DNA of 64,000 bases, taken from positions 14,880,001 through 14,944,000 of the forward strand of contig CM075989.1 of assembly GCA_038087875.1 (NCBI GenBank). Direction: 5' to 3'. Positions 12,491-23,290 of the stretch are shown one piece after another. Position numbers and translations under genes: made by a program. The notes beneath the pieces are model-generated. The model ran no database searches. It was not told where the DNA came from and worked only from the letters and a program-made list of their open reading frames with translations. Every line of letters starts with the position of its first letter. Positions within the stretch are counted from its first letter, which is position 1. The stretch comes from Malacoraja senta (Eukaryota).

Positions 12491-12690
12491 CATTTTCTTG
12501 GTTCTTGGTCCTCTAAAAGATCCCAAATGGAATTGAAACTGGAGGTGGCGGAGGGTGGACTTAAGCGACACACACTCGCTGACTCACACGCACACTCACT
12601 GACTCTCACTCACTGACTCTCTCACCTCCTTCCCTCCCATACTCCCACACAGGCCGCGCTAGGCCGCCTGCCGGTTGTTCACCCATTAAT

Positions 12691-12989
12691 GAGGCACAGC
12701 TGGTAGAACTGTTGCCCCACAGCACCGGAGACCTGGGTTCTATCCTGACCTCAAGTGCTAACTGTGTGGAGTTTGCATGTTCTCCCTGTGATTTCCTATG
12801 GGTGCTCTGGTTTCCTCCCACGCACCAAAGACATGCGGGTTTGTTGGTTAATTGGCCTCTGTATATTGTCCCTAGTATGTAGGGAGTGGCTGAGAAAGTC
12901 TGCATAGAATTAGTGTGAATGAGTGATCAATGGTCAGCGTGGACTCAGTGGATCGTGGGGCCTGTTTCCATGCTGTATCTAAACTAAAC
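12691..12989 (+). mobile_element. HE1-type V-SINE
   Basis: Head, central domain and ctaaactaaac tail, similar to 3908-4222. Confidence 0.85.
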
Positions 12990-13160
12990 ATGCAAACTCT
13001 GCATGGATAGCACCCAAGATCAGGAGTGATCCTGGTTCACTTGCAAGCTGCACCACTGTCCCGCCCTTGATGCAATATGACAAAAAGGCAGCAAAGATCT
13101 GGTTTACTTTCAGACAAGGAATTGCAAAGGCAAGTGAAATTGCAAAGGCAAGAAGACACT

Positions 13161-13297
13161 TCTTCTTCTTTCGTGTGGCGTGCACAGCCTAAAGTTGTTA
13201 GACAACTTGTTCTAGTTGATCTTCTGTTTGTGCACGTCGAGTTGATTGCATTAGTCGAAACACGGCGGACCACGTGAAGGTTGCAATCTTCCACCCC
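13161..13297 (-). mobile_element. 137-nt non-autonomous retroposon with 5' HDV-like ribozyme, 3' hairpin and (AAG)n tail, inserted in a CR1 LINE
   Basis: Flanked by aagaagacact (13150-13160) and aagatgacact (13298-13308). Interrupts the LINE reading ...CKGKKTLIGVIYRPP. Tail AAAGAAGAAGA. Confidence 0.85.
13244..13297 (-). ncRNA. Minimal HDV-like (CPEB3-like) self-cleaving ribozyme fold
   Basis: GGGGUGG-AA-GAUUGCA-ACC-UUCACGU-GGU-CCGCCGU-G-UUUCGA-CUAA-UGCAAUC corresponds to P1, J1/2, P2, P3, L3, P3', P1', P1.1, mini-P4, J4/2, P2'. Confidence 0.82.
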
Positions 13298-16200
13298 AAG
13301 ATGACACTAATTGGTGTTATCTACAGACCCCCAAATAGTAGCCCGGATGTAGAGTGTAAGTTGCAGCAGGAGTTACAACTGGCATGTAACAAAGGTAATG
13401 CCACTGTGGTGATGGGGGATTTCAATATGCAGGTAGACTGGGAAAATCAGGTTGGTTCAGGACCCCAAGAAAGAGAGTTTGTAGAATGCCTCCGAGATGG
13501 ATTCTTAGAGCAGCTTGTAATGGAGCCGACCAGAGAAAAGGCAATTCTGGATTTAGTGTTGTCCAATGAACCAAATTTGATAAGAGAACTCGAGGTAAAG
13601 GAACCGCTTGGAGGTAGTGATCATAATATGATTAGTTTTAATCTGCAATGTGAGAAGGAGAAGGTTAAATCGGAAGTGTCAGTGATGCAGTTGAACAAAG
13701 GGGATTATGAAGGCATGAGAGAGGAGCTGGCCAAGGTAGACTGGAAAGGGATACTAGCAGGAATGACGGTGGAACAGCAATGGCAGGAATTTCTGGGCAT
13801 AATCCGGAAGACGCAGGATCATTTCATTCCAAAAAGGAAGAAAGATTCTAAGGGGAGTAGGAGGCAACCGTGGATGACAAGGGAAGTTAGGGATAAAAAT
13901 AAAACGAAAAGAAAAGATGTATAACACAGCAAAGAGTAGCCGGAAGCCAGAGGATTGGGAAACTTTCATAGGACAACAGAAGGAAACAAAACGAGCAATA
14001 CGGGCTGAAAAGATGAAGTACGAGGGGAAGCTGACCAGGAATGTAGATATGCTAGAAGGACAGTAAAAGCTTCTTTAGATATGTTAAGGGAAAAAGAATA
14101 GCAAAGTCAAATGTGGGTCCCTTGAAGGCAGACACGGGTGAAATTATTATGGGGAACAAGGAAATGGCAGAAGAGTTGAACAGGTACTTCGGATCTGTCT
14201 TCACTAAGGAAGACACAAACAATCTCCCAGAAGTACTGGAGGACAGAGGATCTAAGGGGTTCAAGGAACTGAAAGAAATTTTCATTAGGCGAGAAATAGT
14301 ATTGGGTAGGCTAATGGGACTGAAGGATGATAAATCCCCTGGGCCTGATGGACTGCATTCCAGGGTCCTCAGGGAGGTGGCTCTAGATATAGTGGACGCA
14401 TTGGTGATCATTTTCCAATGTTCAATAGATTCAGGATCAGTTCCTGTGGATTGGAGGATAGCTAATGTTATCACACTTTTCAAGAAAGGAGCGAGAGAGA
14501 AAACGGGGAACTACAGACCAGTTAGCCTGACTTTGGTGGTGGGAAAGATGCTGGAGTCAATTTATTAAAGAGGTAATAATGGGTCTTTTGTATAGCAGTA
14601 AAAGGATTTGTCCAAGTCAGCATGGATTTATGAAAGGAAAATTATGCTTGACTAATCTTCTGGAATTTTTTGAGGATGTGACAAGTAAAATGGATGAAGG
14701 GGAGCCAGTGGATGTAGTGTATCTAGACTTTCAGAAAGCCTTTGATAAGGTCCCGCACGGGAGACTGGTGACTAAAATTAGAGCACATGGTATTGGGGGT
14801 AGGGTGTTGATGTGGATAGAAAATTGGTTGACAGACAGGAAGCAAAGAGTAGGAGTGAACGGGTCCTTTAATGAATGGCAGGCAGTGGCGGGTGGAGTGC
14901 CGCAAGGATCGGTGTTGGGGCCGCAACTGTTTACCATATATATTAATGATTTGGAAGAGAGGATTAGGAGCAACACTAGCGAGTTTGCAGATGACACAAA
15001 GCTGGGTGGCAGTGTGAACTGTGAGAGGATGTTAGGAGGTTGCAGGGTGACCTGGACAGGTTGAGTGAGTGGGCAGATGCGTGGCAGATGCAGTATAACA
15101 TAGCTAAATGTGAGGTTATCCACTTTGGTGGCAAAAACAAGGGGGCAGATTATTATCTCAATGGGGTTAGGTTAGGTAAGGGGGAGGTACCGTGAGACCT
15201 GGGTGTCCTTGTACACCGGTCACTGAAAGTTGGCGTGCAGGTACAGCTGGTAGTGAAGAAAGCTAATGGAATGTTGGCTTTCATAACAAGAGGATTTCAG
15301 TTTAGGAGTAGAGAGGTTCTTCTGCAATCGTATAGGGCTCTAGTAAGACCACATCTGGAATATTGCGTACAGTTTTGGTCTCCTAATTTGAGGAAGGACA
15401 TCCTTGTGATTGAGGCAGTGCAGCATAGGTTCACAAGATTGATCCCTGGGATGACGGGACTGTCATATGAGGAAAGATTGAAAAGACTAGACTTGTATTC
15501 ACTGGAGTTTAGAAGGATGAGGGGCTATCTTATAGAACATATAAATTTATAAAAGGACTGGACATAGAAAACATAGAAAATAGGTGCAGGAGTAGGCCAT
15601 TCGGCCCTTCGAGCCTGCACCGCGAGCCTGCACCTGGACAAGCTAGATGCAGGAAAAATGTTCCCAATGTTGGGCGAGTCCAGAACCAGGAGCCACAGTC
15701 TTAGAATAAAGGGGAGGTCATTTAAGACTGAGGTGAGAAAAAACGTTTTCACCCAGAGAGTTGTGAATTTGTGGAATTCCCTGCCACAGAGGGCAGTGGA
15801 GGCCAAATCACTGGATGGATTTAAGAGAGAGTTAGATAGAGCTCTAGGGGCTAGAGAAATCAAGGGATATGGGGAGAAGGCAGGCACGGGTTATTGATTG
15901 GGGACGATGGTGGCGCTGGCTCGAAGGGCCGAATGGCCTCCTCCTGCACCTATTTTTTATGTTCTATGTTTCTATGTAAACATCATGGAGCAAGGAGGAG
16001 ACAGTGGCAAGGGAATGGGAAAAGTATCAGAGAACAAGGCTAATGGCTTCAATCTTCCCAGCGTTTAGTGACAGTAAATTACGGAGTATTTCCTGATAGT
16101 CTAGAGGTGGAGGGGGCTCAGTAGAAATGGTGAGTTAGCAGATACATAAAGAAACTGATGACGGTGTTGTTTCAGGTGGTGCTGCTGAGGGATGGGTCCG

Positions 16201-18069
16201 TTTTGCATTGTAGCTCTTCCAAGGCAGCAACTGGTTGAACCCAGGCTGACTTCCAGCTGCTGCACACGGTGAAGGCCTTATGCTTAATGAAATGAAGAAA
16301 GAGGCATGCAAGATTGCTCAATGTGTCACAATGTGGACAGTTTCGTCAGCATTCCTTCATGGTTGCAACAAGTCTCAGACATTTTACTACCGTATGAAAT
16401 CATTGTCTTTACACAAATCATTTTGTTTTTAAATGAAGCTAAATACAGTTGGTAACTCACTTAAATTGAATAAATCCCCCGTAAAAAGGAGCTGAATAAG
16501 ATGCTGATGGCTACACGTGTGCATTCATTCATGTCTTTCCAAATTGGCTTCCATGGCAATGACCTATCACAGCAGGACCTCGGCTTATTGTTATGGAAAT
16601 CATTCTTAGCCAATCAGAAAATTATTATCCCAGCTCAATGAGTTACCATGTCCCCCTGTCCTCTCACACAATGCAGACTTATAAAGCAAATGTGTGAGGA
16701 TGGAATTATTGTTCAGCTGGCTCCAAACAGAAACATCAGAAACACACAAATGGCAACAAGCTGGGCCAGTGCAGCAACTGAAAACATTCAGATGAAAAAC
16801 CCAATAACCTACTGGAATTATCACAGCAACACAAAGCAAACTGCGAACTGAACTGGTGATCCGACAAGAGCGGACTTATCTTCCACAGGGAGGGAATTTC
16901 CAGTGCTTGGCTGAAAGAAGTCACAGCCTTGTCCCCATTCAAACTCTCCCCACATTAAATTACTGACCCAGCGTGACAGGCACATATGTGGAGCAACGCT
17001 CCTGCTCTCATCCTTGTTTTGTTTGAAGGAATCTGCACTGCACAATGAGCAGCCGTCTCCATGCCTGACCTGTCAACACTAATTATCTGCTTAGCTTACT
17101 TTGACTTTTATTCACCCTCATCTAACTCTGCCGACCTGTTTGTTCCTTCCTTTCCTCCCCCCCCCCCCCCCCCCAACTTTTATTAATTTCTTCCATTTAA
17201 GTTCTAATTCAAACAACGGTGGTTTTTACTGGAACCATTTACAGCATTCTGCAGGAGCTATTGTACAGCATTTGGTAAGAAGGATTGACCTGGATGTTTC
17301 ATCAAGTAACATGCTTATGACGTTAAAGAGGGACTGACTGCATTCATGATAAAGTCTGTGCTCTTCCTGCCAGCTCATCTGACCTGTTAATTACCCCCCG
17401 AACAGATCACAAGCCAAAGAGTCTGGAACTGGGGACTTGCCCTGGGGATGTTCTCCCAATTAAATTTATACCTTGTGATGGCTCTCCCTCCAGCCACCAC
17501 CCCCCCCCCCTCCCCTCTCTTAGTGTTAACCGCCACATTTTCAATCTGATCAGGGCCTCCCACCACCCATCCTTCAACTGCTTGACCTGCTAACGTCTGC
17601 TAACCTTTTCTAAAATTCTATAGTATACGAGGTCAAAGTGGTGCTCTATAATTTCCATTGTGAGTCTGGGTTGGGGGTGGGAGATGAGTTAAGGAATAGG
17701 GCAGCGATTTTACATATGATAATGTTAGGGAAGGCAAAGTATAAAATGATACGTTTCTACTTAATGCTTCCAGTTAATGTGGAGAACGTAATGTTGGAGG
17801 TGGGGTACTGTTCAGCAAAAATGTTTGCGAATCTCTCCTCTATAAAATAGGCTTTGCTCATGAAAATGCAATTGCAGAGTCCTCGAGGGGAAGTTAGGTC
17901 ACAGCTCGCAGGTGAAGGGTCAGGGGTTAGGGGCCCAAAATGGGTGAGTTAGGTCAGAGTGATAGATGGAGGGAGTAGGGTTCAGAACAGCAGGGTCATG
18001 CAGCAACATTGGGAGGGGTCCTGTTCTCATTTGGGTATTGGAAAGCTTGGATGTGGAGCAGTTAATTAC

Positions 18070-18480
18070 ATGCGATTCAAGGTGAGCTAGCTAATTGGAT
18101 CCAAAATGGGCTTGGTAACAGGAAACAGGTAGTGATAGAAGGATTGGAAATATGTGACTTGTGATGGACTACAGTGATTAGTGTTGGGATCTTTGCTGTT
18201 TTGTGACAACATAGATAAGACGATGAAGATGACATTATGGCATGCTTGCCTTCATAGATCGAGGCATAGAATATAAGAGTTGGAACATCAAGGTGCAACT
18301 TTACAAAACACTTGTTAGACTATATGGAGTACTGCATGCAGTTCTGATCACCACTGATGTGATAGTGCTGGAGAGTGCAGTGGAGATTCATCAGGATGAC
18401 TGGATTGGAAGATTTTAGTCATGGGAGAGATTGGATGAGCTGGGCTTTTTTTCTTGGACTGAAACAGGCTGAGGGGGCTG
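18070..18480 (+). mobile_element. Old CR1 fragments
   Basis: ggcatgcttgccttcat...ggcatagaatataagagttgg...gagtactgc resembles CR1 ORF2 3' sequence. Confidence 0.6.
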
Positions 18481-21371
18481 TTAGTGATAGTGGAACATAG
18501 ATATATTTACGAGAGGCACTCCTCTCCGGACTATGAATCAAAAGGATGGAAATGCAAATATAGAACTGGCAGTAGTGGGTTAGCAGGAAGAGAAATAGAG
18601 CATCACATATTGGAAGGTCTCATAACTTTGCCCATGGTGTTAGCCCCAGTTATATACATGGAGGTGTTCCTGGTCTAGCTATTAAAAAAGTAAATTATTA
18701 GTAAATTTAAAAGCAAGAAGCAATCTGAAGTTGCTGGAGATCAGGCAGTATCTGCAAAGTAGGAAAACATTAATGCTGATAACCTGAAACATTAATTGTG
18801 ACCTTTCAAAACTCGTGGAAGATCATCTTGTTGATGCATTAACTGTTTGCACCTCCTCAAGTGCTGCCTGACATGATTAGTATCCCCAGCATTTCCAGTT
18901 ATTTGCTGACAAGTATAAGGTTTCACTCTCCACAGCCAACAAAAATAGTGTAAGCATGCCCGAGGCAGAAGATTAAAAATGAATGAAGGCAATTTGCCAA
19001 AAAGATTGGTTCAGCTTTTGTGAATGAATTAGTGTTCAAGCCATAGAAACAGGGCACACCAGAAAGATTTTGTGCATATGTGATTGCAAGAAGCAGTGAC
19101 GGCCACTAATATTTTCATTTCTTTATATCTTGCGTAAAGGTCCAGGTCCAAAACGAAACTGATTTGGCTGTTGCTCATTTCAAGTACCTGTTCAGGTCCT
19201 TTCACAGACTCAACCCTTCAATGAGTACTGAGTGTGTATACCATGCATATGGTTTCATTCAAGTGATGCCCAGGCAAAGTGCATCCAGGAACCAAAGCCA
19301 ATCTAGTCCTAGAAAGACTGTGCCTTTTGTGAGATTCATTCACTTTAACCACAGTCAAAAACCTCAGGCTCCATTTCTGAGCATCTTCTGGAAAGGATTT
19401 TGCACTCTGTTACTCCAGCTTTACAGAACTTCATTTCAGAGATGTCTTCAGTTACCTCAACTGTTTCACAACTATCTGATCACTGTCTAGACTAGAACAT
19501 AATCCTTATATCGAGAGGAACAGTTTCCTCAGCTGTCTTCAGCTGTCCACTTGCACAGAGTGAAGGACCTTGATGAATAGGTAAACTAGCACCTTAGTTA
19601 CTCACGCATACATTGTCTCAAAGCAGGTTTTAAATAGCTGCATGATGCTATTATATCGGCCTGAATTTTGCAACACCATTTTCAGTGCTCGCCATTACCA
19701 ACAGACAATAGACCAAACAGTCTGGCATCATGTGCACTGGGAAACTATGGATAGCCTACACAGGAATAAATACTCCGATATCGCTCCCCCTACACCACGT
19801 ATCCACAGGAAACAGTGGATACCTTGCTCTTCCCAGCCTAGAGAACCCAAAGCGTGCGAAATTGGAAATTTACACAATAGAAGCTTAATAAACATGAAAG
19901 AAAACAACAGCCCACTCACATGCAAGTGAATTTTGAATGATGTTGTCTCATTTATGGTCAAATCATTCTCAAGGCCCTGAAAGGTGACTATCACAAGTGT
20001 GGTTATCTGTTATTGGAGATTATTCTGCCATAACCTATCATTCGTTCTATCATTTTGTGTTCTGTATGTGATCGAGGTCGATGTTGAGATGTTTAACCAA
20101 GGCTCTTCTACAAAATGAGTAGTTAAAGAGATGGGCTGTTGCTTGGACTGACCAGGGAGACAATAGATCCTCCTTCCAACATGATGAGGAAAAAGATTTA
20201 TAATAAATGAAAGCCTGTCAATAAGTGTAATGAACTCTAAGTACAATTCATTTGCTGCTGAATGCATGCATTCATTCATTTATAGAGTAATATCCATTAA
20301 ACCAATACGGTGTGATTTTAGCTTAGAGTGGAATTATATTAGGGAATCTGGTTATCTTTAAAAAAAAAGATTAGAATGCACTCAGATGGGAGAAAGAATT
20401 GTTGAATGATGTGGAACTCAGCAAGAAGCCCTGTGTCAGGGAAGGTCAGAAGTACAGATTCTGAGCTTCTTAGACCACCCAGTGAAATTGCTAAGTATGT
20501 TAATGGAACATAATAAACTGCAACTTAATGTGAAAGTTAAGTCCAAGCTGATAAGAACCCATAGGTTTACATTTAACTGAAATGGACAATTAAAAAAAAT
20601 CACTTAGGCAGACCTTCCAACTTATTGAAAGGGACTCCCAATCATAGTTTGATGTAATGGACAATGCAAACCCTCAGTCCATTTCTTTACATTCATTTAC
20701 AACCTCACTGAGCTTAAGGGACCCACATCACTCCTGACTACAACCTTCTTTCTAATACAAATGATGCAGGTTGTTTTTATTTTGATACGTCTTATATGAG
20801 TGCTTATACAAACCCTTATGGTACTTCCTACTTTCTGTTTTGCATCTGCGAAGTCATACTTTTCATGTTGAATTTATGCTTTCAGTTCATTTGACCATCA
20901 AAGTCCATGTGTTTATAGTAAGATTACTTATTTGGGTCACACAAACTAACCTGCCCTGCTTCTGAAACATTTCATTCACACATCTTATTTATATTTTCTG
21001 GTTTAATCATTTCTCGTCGTTCAACTTTCCCTTTACCTGCGGCACACTCTCTTTTCTCTCTCCCTGTGTTTATTTTGGAACTATTATTATTATTCCACCT
21101 TGTTGGCTTTGCGAGTTTAAAGTTCATCCATTTTGCCAGGCGGAGCCTGTCCCGAGGACAAAATTCCGGACTGTTCCAGAACTTCCAACTGGGAAAAACA
21201 GGCAGTAGTATTTTGTTTTTAAATATATATTTTTTAAAACACTCATCTGGAGATACAGACACAAGCAGAACGAATCACATCCAAAAGGAGTTTAAATATC
21301 TTTAAGGAATTATCATGAAGATGTTTCCCCCATTCATTAAATGTGCCACGATAATGCATTTTATGGAAAAC

Positions 21372-21377
21372 TTTATT
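21372..21377 (-). terminator. Candidate distal polyadenylation signal AATAAA of PRTG
   Basis: tttatt on plus, at the distal end of the miRNA-site-rich block, with TGTA elements upstream on the minus strand. Confidence 0.55.
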
Positions 21378-22105
21378 TAAACTGTGCAATCATTCAAAAT
21401 GCAGACTATTTTACAACAGTTTTAAAACATTTTGGCTTTTTAGACTAGTTATATTTTTGGCATGAGTCAGCAAAATTACAGATCAGGCACCTGAGCTCTC
21501 GGCAGCATTCACTGCAATGCTGTTATAACATAGGAACACACAGTTTCTCAGTAAAAGTAGTTAAAGACATAAATGAGGTACATTCACAAATCAAGGCAAG
21601 CGTTTATACTCCTGCAGCACTGGACAGAAAGTGAAGCTGATCCCCTGAGACAAATAAAATTTGATATAATGCAGATTCACTGTCCAGAGCCGGGATCACA
21701 AACACTGCCTTTACAAGATCATTGGCAATTGAAGATAGAAGGCTCAGAACACCTGAGATATATTGGACTGCACCCTCCACTTCTTCCCTTTAGTTCACAT
21801 CTTATCAATATGCTCTAAATCAAAAAAAAACTAACACATTAATCATTCTCATCACAAATGAATAAAACACAGTAACCAAATAAAAGCAGTTTACAATGAC
21901 TTTTCTCCCACCCTTCCTAACTGTTATAATGAGTGGTCACGTGACATACTTCAGTACCTCCAAGGTGCAAGCAGCAAATGTCACGTAGATACCCGTTACT
22001 CCAGCAACACAAATTTTAAACATAATTAAAATGAAAATACAATTTCAGACAGTTTAACACATAATTCCAGATTAATGTGCATCAACAAATACTTAACTTA
22101 AAAAC

Positions 22106-22123
22106 GAGGTAGTAGTTTTAGTT
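22106..22123 (-). promoter_or_regulatory. Extended let-7 (let-7g/i-type) target site, also a miR-196 seed match
   Basis: Plus GAGGTAGTAGTTT equals let-7g/i nt 2-14 and is followed by TAGTT. Confidence 0.65.
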
Positions 22124-23251
22124 ATATTTCAATTAACATCTCCAATCTCAAAACCGCCATCAATTGGCCAGCATATTTTCCAGACTTTGCCTTTACTGGT
22201 CTTAAAAGGCACTCTACCATTCAAAACTGTGCTTACATTTCCAAATACATTGATGTTATCAGGCACCAATAATAATCAGGCCCTCCTAATAAATTTAAAA
22301 TGTAGTCACTTTAATTAATGTAATTACAAAATTTGATTTGCTGGAAATCAATGACGAGTTTCCTTAGCAACAGCAAGTGAGGTCCTTCATAAATATCTTG
22401 CTGTACTCTCTAATGATGTAGTGTAAACACCAGTTTCAACCTACATCATATCTGAAGCAGAATTGAAAAGCGTGGAAAAAATGCTGGTGAATCTACAACA
22501 GTTCCCATGCTTGAAGTACTGTACATTACATGGCAGAAGGTATTTTATAAAGATATATTTTCACTGTTTTTTGTTGCAGGGTACTACGGAAGTGACGATG
22601 ATATCAAACAGATTTTAAATATCTGGATTTCCATTATTCACCTGATTCATGTCCTGGACGGGGAATGTGTCTTAGCCAGCTAGTACACAAAGCTGGACAG
22701 TTACAAGGTGAACAGGGGATGGGGTGGTGTTCAATATTTTACAGTTGCCTTTGTCAAAGGAAAATTTAAATGATTACTGATGCTCCCCGCAGCACAAGGT
22801 GGAACATGTGCTCTAAGTGGGTGCAACTCTGTAAAATTTGGCTTTATGAACACACATTTTCAAACTTTTCAATAGCTCAAATTGAACACCAGACTGCCCA
22901 GAGTAGGAAGATGAACAGTAAGAGAGTAACAGTTGCACAAGTGTCACCATAATTGAACCTCAGCAACTGCTACCTCAATACTGTGGGAATGAGGAGATAG
23001 GACAATAAACAGCGTTTTAAACACACAATAAGAAAAGTCCATAATGATTACTATTCTATGACATGGTGTACAGTATTTCAAAATGACTGCTGTCTAGCAG
23101 TAAGATGCCAATTTTGATTTGGAATGTTAACCATCATCATTTGTTGCTGCATCAAAATAAGCAAGTCATTAAAACAACATTTAAAAGACACATTCCAGGA
23201 GCGAAGAACTAAACTCCTGTTGTTGATACACAAAGGTGAACAAAAAATAAA

Positions 23252-23290
23252 TCTTTGGTTTTCACGGACGGCTGATCTAGCTGTATTTGA
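23252..23290 (-). promoter_or_regulatory. Bipartite extended miR-9-5p target site
   Basis: Plus strand reads TCTTTGGTT-[14 nt]-ATCTAGCTGTAT-ttga; miR-9-5p is UCUUUGGUUAUCUAGCUGUAUGA. Confidence 0.8.

Larger units (their letters stand above)
13117..15977 (+). mobile_element. CR1-clade LINE, 5'-truncated, ORF2 (APE endonuclease + RT) disrupted
   Basis: ORFs 13274-13924 (GVIYRPP, MGDFN, ILDLVLSN, GGSDHN), 14113-14568 (KSPGPDG, NYRPVSLT), 14579-15064 (LDFQKAFDKV, GVPQGSVLGP, FADDTKL) and later C-terminal pieces. Stops and frameshifts present; (TTCTATG)n-like tail. Confidence 0.95.

Noticed and set aside
22100-22130. let-7 precursor gene on the plus strand
   Set aside because: Only nt 2-14 match and there is no star arm or hairpin; better explained as a target site on the minus-strand mRNA.
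22970-22977. let-7 8mer CTACCTCA on the plus strand
   Set aside because: Wrong strand for PRTG, and no plus-strand gene is evident; it illustrates the background rate.
23252-23290. miR-9 gene or pseudogene on the plus strand
   Set aside because: The mature sequence is split by 14 nt, and no miR-9-3p arm (ATAAAGCTAGATAACCGAAAG) follows.
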